A DNA stretch of 64,000 nt from an uncultured Methanosarcinales archaeon (GCA_964429995.1 CAYSDY010000003.1:49241-113240); one strand, 5' to 3'. Shown: positions 16,951 through 27,027, numbered from the stretch's first letter. Numbers and translations: made by a program. The notes: generated by a model from the sequence alone, not told the origin.

Positions 16951-17450
16951 AAAATACTACTGATAATTTGGTATTGTTGTTCTTTTTTGTTTTAGTTTTG
17001 GCTTTTTCTTTCATAAATCAGTATTATTATGATGTATCTTCATATTGTAATAATAATGAAGAATGTCTTTTGCAACTTTCTGAATCTTTAAATGATATAT
17101 CTTTTTGTGAATATGCAATAAGCTCTCAGGATTGTTATGAAGCAGGAGCATTAAAATTTAATAATCAAACATATTGCAGTTTATCTAAGAATGCTACAAC
17201 ATGTATGATAAAACTTGCTATGAAAAATGATGATTTGCAAATATGTAATTTAATAGATGTAGAACATAAAGATTATTGCATATATAATATAGCATATTCT
17301 AACAAAGAACCACAAATGTGTAATCATGCTAACAATTATGAATTTTGTATATATTCTTATGCAATAAATACAGCTAATATTTCGTTTTGTGATGTTTTAT
17401 CCGAAAAATATAAAAACAATTGTTACAGTAATATTAATAGGACATCGTAA
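16947..17450 (+). CDS. Cys-rich membrane-anchored/secreted repeat protein
   Basis: ATGA overlap with the rhomboid stop. An N-terminal hydrophobic anchor (LVLLFFFVLVLAFSFI) is followed by about 14 Cys in a repeating C-x(8-12)-C-Y/I..A pattern. Confidence 0.6.
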   Translation: MKNTTDNLVLLFFFVLVLAFSFINQYYYDVSSYCNNNEECLLQLSESLNDISFCEYAISSQDCYEAGALKFNNQTYCSLSKNATTCMIKLAMKNDDLQICNLIDVEHKDYCIYNIAYSNKEPQMCNHANNYEFCIYSYAINTANISFCDVLSEKYKNNCYSNINRTS

Positions 17451-17456
17451 ATAAGA

Positions 17457-18776
17457 ATGACATTAAATATTTTAAATAAACCAGAACATGTTAATTATAA
17501 TGGAGTTGAATACCTTCTTATAGTTATTGATTCATCAAACATATCAAGAATATTCTTACAGATATTATATTATAAGGAAAATGGATATTCTAATTTTGCT
17601 TTTTTGTATTCATATAAAAATATAAATCTGCCTGTTACAAGAATAATAGAAAAATTAAAAATAGATTATTTGTATAAACTGATAAAAGAATATGATATGA
17701 ATTTTGCGTTTATTAACTTTCCAATGTGTGTTTTTGAAAAAGATATTTTAAAACCAGCAATTAAGTCTAAATATGAAAATAAAATGATTCTTTTTAATGA
17801 TAGTAATTATTTGGCATTATTGAATGATTCTTGTGGAAAAATGATGCCTGTAGTTTGTAAGGATTGTAAATTTAATGGCGAGTGTAACGGTGTTGAAAAT
17901 GGATATGCTGAAAGTTTTGGAATAAAAGAATTTACACCTATTCAATCTAATGATTATTTTTATATGAAAAATGTAGATAAAATTAGTGCATTTAAAAATC
18001 CTTTGTTAAAAAAATTGGCAACAAAAGCACTTGATGATTTAAGAAATGAAGATCATTACATGCGAAAAAGAATGGTTTTTGTTGATTCGTTTCCAAATAT
18101 GTTAACTGAAAGTTCAAAGGAAAGATTCGTATATTATATTTATAACCGAAAAGAAGATTTTTTTAAAACTATGGATTTTATTTTAAATTTTTTTGATAAA
18201 GCATTTATTGAAGATTTGAAACCTTTTATTGTTAATTCTAATCAGATTGTTATAAGTTGCTCTATTATGGGAGATGATGTATTACGAAAAACATTGTATT
18301 TTTCAATGGATAATTTTGATCTAAAAAGTATTGAATATATATCTAAAAAGTTTAATGTACCTTTAGATTTTACAAATAATCCAGCAGGGATTGGAATTGA
18401 TTTTAAAAATGATACTATATCTTCTATTAAGATATATTATAATCGTGAAAAAGTAACTATAAATGAACTTAAACAGTTTGTATGTGATGTTATTTTGCCT
18501 GATAAAAAGTATTTTTTAAAATTTTTGAATTCTTTGACAAAACCGTTAAATTGTGTTTGGATTGATTATAAATATAAAAATGATAAACTTATTTCAAAAA
18601 GAATAGATATTTCAATGCAATATAATATATACAGATTAAAACAACTCTACACATTATTTAATATTCCTATTAATTATTTTGATGATAAAGATATATATAC
18701 ATTAAGTTTTGAAGTTCCTGTAAGTACTGATGATGTTGAAAAAGAAAAAATAAATTTCTACTATGCACTTAATTAG
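17457..18776 (+). CDS. hypothetical protein with a CxxC-x5-C cluster
   Basis: 439-aa ORF 7 nt after the previous gene. It has FPMCVF and VVCKDCKFNGECNGV...FGIKEFTP (reminiscent of SPASM-like tails). The C-terminal roughly 270 aa have alternating strand-like segments ending in Y/F. Confidence 0.5.
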   Translation: MTLNILNKPEHVNYNGVEYLLIVIDSSNISRIFLQILYYKENGYSNFAFLYSYKNINLPVTRIIEKLKIDYLYKLIKEYDMNFAFINFPMCVFEKDILKPAIKSKYENKMILFNDSNYLALLNDSCGKMMPVVCKDCKFNGECNGVENGYAESFGIKEFTPIQSNDYFYMKNVDKISAFKNPLLKKLATKALDDLRNEDHYMRKRMVFVDSFPNMLTESSKERFVYYIYNRKEDFFKTMDFILNFFDKAFIEDLKPFIVNSNQIVISCSIMGDDVLRKTLYFSMDNFDLKSIEYISKKFNVPLDFTNNPAGIGIDFKNDTISSIKIYYNREKVTINELKQFVCDVILPDKKYFLKFLNSLTKPLNCVWIDYKYKNDKLISKRIDISMQYNIYRLKQLYTLFNIPINYFDDKDIYTLSFEVPVSTDDVEKEKINFYYALN

Positions 18777-18787
18777 AACTTTGTTTA

Positions 18788-20923
18788 TCATCCACCCCAT
18801 AATATTTTTAGGATATCGTTGCCGTATTTCATTATTTTGGTTGTCCCAAGACCGTTAATACTTGATAATTGTGAGATATCTAAAGGTCTTTTTATAACAA
18901 GTTCATCTATTGTTTTATTGGGTATTACCATGTATAAAGGTATATCTAATTCTCTTGATTTAGAATTTCTCCAGTCTTTTAACATGTTTTTTAGTATTTT
19001 AGGATTTGATACATCAAGCATGCTATTTTTACTTGAATCAAAATGTGATCTGTGATTTTCTATGTGTTTTATTATGTTTAATGAATCATTTGTTATAAAA
19101 TTTGAAAAATTGCCAGTATATGTCATAACAAGCTTGTTTTTTGCTCGTGACAATGCAACATAAAAAAGTCTTAATTCTTCTGCTTGTTTGTCATAATCAT
19201 CAGATGATTTTATTAATGAAAAAATAAAATTGTCAGCAACTTTGTTTGGAAAATTAAGACTGTTTGCTCCTGCTAAATAAACTTCTTCTGCTTCCATTCC
19301 TTTTATTGAATGAACCGTTGCAAGCACTACTTCATCATCTTTAGGTTCTTTATCAAAATCGTTGTTATCATCATTTTTTATAATGTATTTTATAGAAGCA
19401 CTATCAAAGAATTCTGCTATATTTTCCAGTATCTTATTGGTTCTTGCAAGTACAAATATATCTTTTTTTTTTGTGATTGAACTTTTTATAGATTGAGTTA
19501 TGAATTCTTTTTCGGACAATTCAGTTATGTGCTTAACTAAAAACACATTTGAATTTTCTTCAAGACTTCTTGATGATTCAAGATCTACAAGTCCTAATGG
19601 CTTTATTATTTTGTTGAAAAAAGTTACGATGTTTTTATCGGAACGATAATTGGTTTTTAATGATATAACCTCAACATTTTCAAATTCTTTTGGAAAATTT
19701 AATATGTAATTTATATCTGAACCTCTCCATCCGTAGATTGATTGTCTTGGATCTCCTACAACAAAAAGTGATTTAGGATTAATATGCTTTAAAAGATCTA
19801 CCTGAACCTTATTTACATCCTGATATTCATCAACTAATATATAATCGTATTTTGGAATAGTTTTTGGATGTTGTTTAAATAATCTTAGAGTTTCTATTAT
19901 CTGGTCTGAAAAATCTCTTAAATTGAGTTTTTTGAGTATTTGATCTGCACTATTTACTATATCATACATGATTTTTGCGATTTTCCTGTTAGATGGATTT
20001 TGTTCGTTTAGATAAAATTCAGATATCTTAATATCAAAATTTTTATAAAAATCTAATATGGAAAATATGTCACGCACAAAAAGAAAGAATAATTCATCAG
20101 ATGTTTTATTTCTTAATTGTTTTTTTGTAAAATAATCTTCTTTTATTAATTCAAAATGTATGTTTTGCTTTTTGACTATGTGCTTTACTATTTTTATCTT
20201 ATCTGAAAAGGTTGCAACTTTATGATTTCCATCATATAACAGTTCACCATGTCTTTTTATGATTTTTTCACAAAAGGAGTTAAAAGTTTCAACTCTAACA
20301 TTAGTAATACCTAATCTTTTTAATCGTTCTTTCATTTCAATACAGGCTTTTCTTGTAAAAGTTACTGCAAGAATTTTGCTTTCATCAGCATTTCGAAATT
20401 TTTTAAGAAATTCTATTCTTTTTGTAAGAACTGTTGTTTTTCCAGTTCCTGCTCCTGCAATACATAAAATGTGATCATTAGATGAGATTATTGCTTTTTT
20501 TTGCTCTTGATTAAATTTTTTTAAGAAAAAATCAAAATGACTAAATGTTTCTATGTCATCATCAGTTATAACAGTATCTGCAAATAATTCTTTTGAAAAA
20601 TTAAGATGAAAATGATTTTCAATTTTAAATGCTTTTTTGTATATCTCTTCTATTCCAAGACTGGTTCTTCTTACAACCTCAAAACCTCCTGAAATTATCA
20701 TTTTTTCAAGATAATTGTGCTTTATTAGAATATCAATTACATTTATTAAATCCTTTTTTTCAAACATGTAAAGACAACCATATGAAGTAAGTTCGTTTAA
20801 ATGGTTACGTTCAATTGTTGGATTGACATCACCTTTTAAAAAATCTATAAGAGTCTTTTTTCCAAGATTAAATTTTAAATCATCAAATGATTTTAAAATT
20901 GGAATATGAATTTGTTCCATCAA
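18788..20923 (-). CDS. UvrD/Rep/PcrA-family (SF1) DNA helicase with C-terminal HRDC domain
   Basis: Walker A is AGAGTGKTT and motif II is ILVDEYQDVN, with VGDPRQSIYGWRG and VHSIKGMEAEEV. The C-terminal LDIPLYMVIPNKTIDELVIKRPLDISQLSSINGLGTTKIMKYG is HRDC-like. Confidence 0.9.
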   Translation of the reverse strand: MMEQIHIPILKSFDDLKFNLGKKTLIDFLKGDVNPTIERNHLNELTSYGCLYMFEKKDLINVIDILIKHNYLEKMIISGGFEVVRRTSLGIEEIYKKAFKIENHFHLNFSKELFADTVITDDDIETFSHFDFFLKKFNQEQKKAIISSNDHILCIAGAGTGKTTVLTKRIEFLKKFRNADESKILAVTFTRKACIEMKERLKRLGITNVRVETFNSFCEKIIKRHGELLYDGNHKVATFSDKIKIVKHIVKKQNIHFELIKEDYFTKKQLRNKTSDELFFLFVRDIFSILDFYKNFDIKISEFYLNEQNPSNRKIAKIMYDIVNSADQILKKLNLRDFSDQIIETLRLFKQHPKTIPKYDYILVDEYQDVNKVQVDLLKHINPKSLFVVGDPRQSIYGWRGSDINYILNFPKEFENVEVISLKTNYRSDKNIVTFFNKIIKPLGLVDLESSRSLEENSNVFLVKHITELSEKEFITQSIKSSITKKKDIFVLARTNKILENIAEFFDSASIKYIIKNDDNNDFDKEPKDDEVVLATVHSIKGMEAEEVYLAGANSLNFPNKVADNFIFSLIKSSDDYDKQAEELRLFYVALSRAKNKLVMTYTGNFSNFITNDSLNIIKHIENHRSHFDSSKNSMLDVSNPKILKNMLKDWRNSKSRELDIPLYMVIPNKTIDELVIKRPLDISQLSSINGLGTTKIMKYGNDILKILWGG

Positions 20924-21013
20924 TAATAAATGATTACAGAAAAGGCTTTATAAAAATTATCACTATTAATAGTAGAAAAAAGGTTTTTGTTTGTGTGTTA
21001 ATAATATGAAAAT

Positions 21014-22537
21014 TTATATGTATAATAAAAAACCTATAAAACCTGCAATAAGTGTATAGAAAAATAATATTTTTGCATTGTATTTTATTATTGTTGATTC
21101 GTAATTGTTAAGTCCTACAAGAGAACATGCAGCAATTACATTGTGTATTGCAACCATATTTCCTGCACCACCGCCTACTGTTTGCAATGCCAATATAAGA
21201 TGTTCTGGATATATACTCATTTGAGATATACTACTTTGTAATGGACCAAATATAAGATTTGAAACAGTTGCACTACCTGCAACAAAAGCACCAAATGCAC
21301 CTATCATAGGAGCAAAAAATATGTAAAAAACGCCAGTTCTTGAAAATATTTCACCTATAAGATGAGGAATGCCTAGAATCTGTAAAGAATTCATATGAGA
21401 ATATATTATCATCTGGACAAAGCCAAGAGTAAATAATAGAGTTACTAATGCGTTTTTACTCGAGTTAAAAGATCCTTTGGCTATAGTTAGATATTGCTTT
21501 AATGATGTTGAATATAATAATGAAAATATTACAAATGTAAGTAAAATTAGTATTCCTGGAGAATAAAAAGAAAAACTAAAACTGATAACATCTTTGTAAA
21601 GACTCATATTTAATGCTATTTTTTTAAGAAGACTTCCAAAACCCATAAAATTCATTCTTGATAGAGCAAGCATTAATATAAGAAGAAAATATGGCATAAA
21701 ACTTAATGCAAATTCGAAAGCATATTTGTTCTTTTCACGTTTTATGTAGTTTGTAAATTGCAAATATACAATTGTTGCAATAAATCCGCATATTGATGCA
21801 AAAACAGATATCATTTCTATATTAAGAAAAAACGATGCAAACATATAGCTTATACCATATGAAAAACCACTAAAAGTTGCAAATGGGATGTATGACTTAA
21901 AGTCTTTCATTTTTCTGTGCTCAAAATAATTATAGATTGCAATTAGCACAAAAGGCAAACACATAGAAATAATACCATTTATTATACCTATACTTGCAGT
22001 AACTAATGAGATGTTTGCAGTTGGAACAGAGGATTGTATCCCAAACAAAACTGGAATTCCAAATGCTCCGAATGCAACACATGCTGTATCTGCAATAAGG
22101 CAAAGCACTATTGCTATAAATGGTGATATGCCCAAAAATACTAAAATTGGCACTGCAACTGCTGCAGGTGTTCCAAATCCAGCAATGCCCTCAAGAAAAC
22201 TTACTAAAAAGAATCCTACAAGTACAATAAGAATGTTTTTGTCATCAGTATATGATTTCATAAAATATTTTATACTATCTAATTTTTTGTTTTCTTTTAA
22301 TAGGTTAAACAACATTAGTATGGATATTATTATTAAAAAAATTTCAAGAGCTGAAAAAAAACCTTTAAAACTTGATGCTAATAATACAGAAATATTTACC
22401 TGCCATATCAGCAATAACATTAAAAGTGTTACAATGTATGTTGCAAACATAACTTTTGCAGGCTTGTAACCTTTAAAGACCATGAAAAATATTATTATTA
22501 AAAATGGAATAAAAGCTAATAAATTGTATACATTCAT
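21014..22537 (-). CDS. L-lactate permease (LctP) family transporter
   Basis: FLEGIAGFGTPAAVAVPILVFLG, ADTACVAFGAFGIPV, FFAPMIGAFGAFVAGSATVSNLIF and GGGAGNMVAIHNVIAAC are collinear with E. coli LldP motifs. Confidence 0.85.
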   Translation of the reverse strand: MNVYNLLAFIPFLIIIFFMVFKGYKPAKVMFATYIVTLLMLLLIWQVNISVLLASSFKGFFSALEIFLIIISILMLFNLLKENKKLDSIKYFMKSYTDDKNILIVLVGFFLVSFLEGIAGFGTPAAVAVPILVFLGISPFIAIVLCLIADTACVAFGAFGIPVLFGIQSSVPTANISLVTASIGIINGIISMCLPFVLIAIYNYFEHRKMKDFKSYIPFATFSGFSYGISYMFASFFLNIEMISVFASICGFIATIVYLQFTNYIKREKNKYAFEFALSFMPYFLLILMLALSRMNFMGFGSLLKKIALNMSLYKDVISFSFSFYSPGILILLTFVIFSLLYSTSLKQYLTIAKGSFNSSKNALVTLLFTLGFVQMIIYSHMNSLQILGIPHLIGEIFSRTGVFYIFFAPMIGAFGAFVAGSATVSNLIFGPLQSSISQMSIYPEHLILALQTVGGGAGNMVAIHNVIAACSLVGLNNYESTIIKYNAKILFFYTLIAGFIGFLLYI

Positions 22538-22762
22538 ATAGTTTACTTTATTTAAATGTATTTAAAAAAAAGCAATTACTTAAAAGTGGTTTTCATTATC
22601 TAGGTGCTTAAACTGATGAATTATAAAGAATATTAAGATTCTTAACAATTTATTTTCTTATTACGATATTTTTCTTAAATTGTTAACACATGCAATTTTA
22701 ACAGTGCATGAAATGACAAAAAATGCACTATGTTTATAAATAAGTAAGAATATTTACTATTT

Positions 22763-23965
22763 ATGGAAAAGATTATTAGATTTAATAAACATTTTGAAGA
22801 CAATTATTTTTATGAAGATGAAAAAAAAAGAGAATTTTATGAAGAACTTATCAAAAAATTAGATAATAAATTAATAGTTGGACTTTTTGGGCTTAGAAGG
22901 GTTGGTAAAACAACTAGCATGAAATATTTAATAAACTATTTGATTAAAGATAAAAATGTTCAAAGAGAGAAAATATTGTATTTTTCTTTTGATGATATCA
23001 CCTATTCTATATGGAATGTTATCGAAAAATATGAACAATATTTAGGTAAGAAAATAGATTCATCATATTATTTATTTTTTGATGAGATACAAAAAATACC
23101 AAATTATGATACAGAGTTAAAAGAAGTTTATGATATAATAAAACCCAAAATAATTATTTCAGGTTCAGAAAGTACAGTTATCAGAAAAAGCACTGAAAGT
23201 TTAGCTGGAAGAATTTTTGAAATGCAAATAACACCACTTTCATTTAAAGAATATCTGATATTTAAAGGTTTAAACCATTTAATAGATAAAAATATGGATT
23301 ATACTGTTTATTTTGAAGAGTATTTATATAAGCAATTTCCTGAAATTGTTAATTTTAATTTAAATGATGCAAAAGAGTATGTTGATCTGATTGTTAAAAA
23401 AATAATATATGAAGATTTAACTAAAATATTTTCAGTAAAAGAGCCAGATTTATTATTTAAGTTATTTAAGTTTGTTTCATATAAACCTGGAATTTATGTC
23501 GACTACTCTCAAATTTCAGCAGAATTTGGAGTTTCAAGAAATACTATTTCTATATATTTTGAATATTTAGAAAAATCTTTTTTAATTAAAAAAATATATA
23601 ATTACTCAAACAATGCAATAACTTCTGAAAAAAAATTAAAAAGATATTATACCTATCCTGTTCTTTGTTATTTTTGTGAAAATTTGCCTGAAATTATCGA
23701 AAGTTATATATTAATGCAAAATCGCTTTAATTTTTTTCATAAGGATTCTAGAAAGAATGAAATTGATTTTGTGTCAGATAAATCAAAAATACTAGGCGAA
23801 GTAAAATATCAAAATACCATCCGAAAAAAAGATATAAAAAATTTAATTAATTTTAAAGAAAAATTTGGATTTGAAAAATTAATACTTGTAAAAAAATATT
23901 CATCACAAATATTCATTGAAACAAGCGAAATAGAATACATTAATGCATGGGAAATAGAAAATTAA
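22763..23965 (+). CDS. AAA+ ATPase (AAA_14 / DUF4143-type, COG1373-like)
   Basis: Walker A is GLRRVGKTT and Walker B is YLFFDEIQ, with a C-terminal DUF4143-like region. Confidence 0.8.
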   Translation: MEKIIRFNKHFEDNYFYEDEKKREFYEELIKKLDNKLIVGLFGLRRVGKTTSMKYLINYLIKDKNVQREKILYFSFDDITYSIWNVIEKYEQYLGKKIDSSYYLFFDEIQKIPNYDTELKEVYDIIKPKIIISGSESTVIRKSTESLAGRIFEMQITPLSFKEYLIFKGLNHLIDKNMDYTVYFEEYLYKQFPEIVNFNLNDAKEYVDLIVKKIIYEDLTKIFSVKEPDLLFKLFKFVSYKPGIYVDYSQISAEFGVSRNTISIYFEYLEKSFLIKKIYNYSNNAITSEKKLKRYYTYPVLCYFCENLPEIIESYILMQNRFNFFHKDSRKNEIDFVSDKSKILGEVKYQNTIRKKDIKNLINFKEKFGFEKLILVKKYSSQIFIETSEIEYINAWEIEN

Positions 23966-23981
23966 TCATTAAAAAATAAAA

Positions 23982-24788
23982 TTAATTGTATGCTTCATAA
24001 TTTTTAAGACCGTTTTTCCATATAATAATTGATGTGATGCTAAATATGACAATGCCTATAATAAGGAAAAGCAAATAATAAAAAAGATTATCTATTATTG
24101 TTTTATCCATAAATATTACAACAAGATAACCTATTAAATATGCCTGAAAAAATGATAAGAAAATCTTTTTTTTAATATTGTCCTGCATTAAAAAAACTGG
24201 GTATTTTGTAAATGTTTCATTAACATCCCTTGCAAGAGCTGATAATAATGAACTTGAATTCTCAAATATAAAATCTAAAGATATTATAAAAAACTGCATT
24301 GAAAATAAAAAGGTAAATATAATTAAAAGACATAAGAAGAAGAAAAACCAATTATAAATCACTATATCAAGGAACATAAAACATGAAAATAGCAATAATA
24401 AATCTATAAATGCCATAACTATTATAGATGAATTAAGATACGAAAATATATACTGTGTTTTTATTTCAATAGGCCTTATTAACATCATGTTAAATTCGCC
24501 ATCTTTTTTAAGATTAAAAACGCTCTTATAGTATGTAGCTAAAAAAATTTCAAGCAATGTTGATATAGTGTTGTTTAATATTAATATGAATACAAAATAT
24601 CTAAAACCTATATTGATATACTCACCTATCACATTAAATAAAAGATAAAGCATTATTAAATTGCTTGTAGAATATAATATTTCTGTTAAAACTGAAAAAT
24701 AAAAATTTGATTTATACTCTGTAAGTTGTTTTATTGTGATTCTTATCATTTCTATCCCAAAAGCGATCTTCTTTTTTAGGTTTGTCAT
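23982..24788 (-). CDS. ABC-2 type transporter permease
   Basis: Six-helix hydrophobic protein in an operon with a second permease and an ABC ATPase. Confidence 0.65.
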   Translation of the reverse strand: MTNLKKKIAFGIEMIRITIKQLTEYKSNFYFSVLTEILYSTSNLIMLYLLFNVIGEYINIGFRYFVFILILNNTISTLLEIFLATYYKSVFNLKKDGEFNMMLIRPIEIKTQYIFSYLNSSIIVMAFIDLLLLFSCFMFLDIVIYNWFFFFLCLLIIFTFLFSMQFFIISLDFIFENSSSLLSALARDVNETFTKYPVFLMQDNIKKKIFLSFFQAYLIGYLVVIFMDKTIIDNLFYYLLFLIIGIVIFSITSIIIWKNGLKNYEAYN

Positions 24789-24791
24789 CTT

Positions 24792-25601
24792 TTATCCTCC
24801 AAGCCCATCAAGTTTTTTTATTGCATGTTTATAAAATTTATTTAAAAGCAATCTTACAATAAAACCAAAGATTAGAAGTATCGATATGGATTTTATGAAA
24901 AAATTTAAATCACTTCCAAATAATAATATTGATACTGCACTGTAATTCATGTAATAGAATGGTAAATATTTTAATATTGTAACAACATTATCAGGGAAAA
25001 AAGTTAATGGAACTAATCCTCCTGAAAATACAAATATAATTTGTGTTACAAAGTAATTTATACCCCAAACAGAAGTAGTCCAAAAAGCGATAAGGGCAAC
25101 CATACTCTTAATGTTAAGTATCACAAAATATATGGCAATAGACATTACAAGAAACATCAGTATATTTAATATGCTTATTTGTATTGATGGTAAAAAAATG
25201 TATGCAAGTATCAAAAAAAAACTAAAATTTATGCAAAAATAGAAAAATGATATTGTTATTGATGACATTTTTATAAAGTTTAAATAATTTATAGGTTTTG
25301 TGAACCATACATTTATTTTAGAAGTCTGAATTTCTCTTTCAACTTTTTGCACAGCATGAATACGCAATAATGGAATGCATGCAAAACTACATGCAACATA
25401 GAATATCATTTCTTCAAGCATAAATCCTCTAATTGTTGATTCACCTACAAGTTTAAATATAAATTCCCATAAAAATTTTATCACAAAAAAACGAAGAATG
25501 GAAGCTATTATATCAAAGTAAAATGCAGATTTATACTCTATTTGTTTTTTTACATCCAACTTGAATAATTCATAAAAATTTGACAATATTTTGTTTTTCA
25601 T
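24792..25601 (-). CDS. ABC-2 type transporter permease
   Basis: Polytopic membrane protein, 3 nt upstream of the next permease gene and 11 nt downstream of the ATPase gene. Confidence 0.65.
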   Translation of the reverse strand: MKNKILSNFYELFKLDVKKQIEYKSAFYFDIIASILRFFVIKFLWEFIFKLVGESTIRGFMLEEMIFYVACSFACIPLLRIHAVQKVEREIQTSKINVWFTKPINYLNFIKMSSITISFFYFCINFSFFLILAYIFLPSIQISILNILMFLVMSIAIYFVILNIKSMVALIAFWTTSVWGINYFVTQIIFVFSGGLVPLTFFPDNVVTILKYLPFYYMNYSAVSILLFGSDLNFFIKSISILLIFGFIVRLLLNKFYKHAIKKLDGLGG

Positions 25602-25612
25602 TTTTATTAATA

Positions 25613-26632
25613 TCAGTTGGATTTTTCATATATTCCCTCTACAACATCCTCAAGTCTTGGAGGTGCAATTTCAATGTCTGCAATTTCAAGTACATCAAGC
25701 AATTGTTTCAAAAACAGATTAATATCCTGATTGCTTGCAACTTGAAGTCTTATAGTATTGTTTTGATTATCTCTAGTAACAGAATTAAATCCTAAAAGAA
25801 GATTATCAAGATTTTCTTTGTTGTATATTTTTTTGTAATTTATGTTAAGTGTTCTCCAATCAGAGTATTTTTTTTTAAAATTTAAAAGACTTCCATCATA
25901 TAGAACACAACCCTTATCTATAAATATTATGTTCTTACATAAATCTTCTATATCATCCATGTCATGAGTTGTTATTATTATTGTGACATTATCTTCTTTG
26001 TTAATTGTTTTTAAGAATTTTCTTACTATTTTTTTAGCAGAAGCATCAAGTCCTATTGTTGGTTCATCAAGAAAAACTATTTCTGGTTTGTGCAAAAAGG
26101 CTGCTATTATTTCAAAACGCATTCTTTCTCCTAAGGATAATTTTCTGTATGGTACATTGATAAGATGTTCAACTTTTAAGATTTTTATAAAATAATTGAA
26201 CCTTTCTTCAAATGTTTTTTTATCTATCTCATACATTACCCTAAATAAATTGTAACTATCAATTACAGGAATATCATAAACAAGAGAACTCCTTTGACCA
26301 AAAACAACACCAATATGTTTTACATATTCTTCCCTATCCTTAACAGGTTCAAATCTGTTTAAAACTTTTATTTTGCCTGATGTTGGAGTGAGTATGCCTG
26401 TCAGCATTTTTATACTTGTTGACTTGCCTGCACCATTTGCACCAAGATATCCTACAATATCGCCTTTTTTTATGCTAAAATTAATGTTATCAACAACTGT
26501 TTTGCTTTCCCATTCCCTATAAAAATATTTTAATTTTTTTTTAATCCATGAAAGTTTATTATCATCTTTAGGAACTTTAAATTCTTTAAATATATCCTCA
26601 ACAACAATTACTTTATCACTATCAATGCACAT
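25613..26632 (-). CDS. ABC transporter ATP-binding protein
   Basis: Walker A is GANGAGKSTS, the signature is LSLGERMR and Walker B is IVFLDEPTIGLD. A TATA box lies about 27 nt upstream. Confidence 0.9.
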   Translation of the reverse strand: MCIDSDKVIVVEDIFKEFKVPKDDNKLSWIKKKLKYFYREWESKTVVDNINFSIKKGDIVGYLGANGAGKSTSIKMLTGILTPTSGKIKVLNRFEPVKDREEYVKHIGVVFGQRSSLVYDIPVIDSYNLFRVMYEIDKKTFEERFNYFIKILKVEHLINVPYRKLSLGERMRFEIIAAFLHKPEIVFLDEPTIGLDASAKKIVRKFLKTINKEDNVTIIITTHDMDDIEDLCKNIIFIDKGCVLYDGSLLNFKKKYSDWRTLNINYKKIYNKENLDNLLLGFNSVTRDNQNNTIRLQVASNQDINLFLKQLLDVLEIADIEIAPPRLEDVVEGIYEKSN

Positions 26633-26707
26633 ATATATATTTTATTGCATATGTTTTATAAATTTATTTGAATAATTTTTAAGTGTATGTTTTTTTTAAA
26701 GAGAACT

Positions 26708-26715
26708 TTTATAAA
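26708..26715 (+). promoter_or_regulatory. TATA box for the ferritin-like gene
   Basis: TTTATAAA lies 32 nt upstream of the ATG at 26740. Confidence 0.45.
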
Positions 26716-26739
26716 AAATTGTGAACAGGTATTATTACA

Positions 26740-27027
26740 ATGGCATTTTATGAAGAAAGAAAAGAGCTATCAAGTAAAACACTTGATATAAAAAGAGCAA
26801 TTGATTCTTTAAGAGAAGAACTTGAAGCTGTTGATTTTTATAATCAAAGAGCTGATGTTTGTTTTAATGAGAGCCTGAAAAAAATATTGATACATAATGC
26901 AAATGAAGAAAAAGAACATGCTGCAATGCTTATTGAGTGGTTAAGACAGAATGATGAACATTTTCAGAAAGAAATAAAAGAATACCTGTTTCTTGATACA
27001 AAAGACATAACAGGTCATCATGAATGA
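26740..27027 (+). CDS. encapsulated-ferritin-like protein (EncFtn family)
   Basis: SLREELEAVDFYNQR and HNANEEKEHAAMLIEWLR closely match the EncFtn consensus as I recall it (e.g. R. rubrum SLREELEAVDLYNQR...HNRDEEKEHAAMLLEWIR). 95 aa. Confidence 0.8.
   Translation: MAFYEERKELSSKTLDIKRAIDSLREELEAVDFYNQRADVCFNESLKKILIHNANEEKEHAAMLIEWLRQNDEHFQKEIKEYLFLDTKDITGHHE

Noticed and set aside
22011-22469. 152-aa plus-strand ORF.
   Set aside because: It is antisense to the lactate permease gene, whose motifs align along its whole length with LldP.
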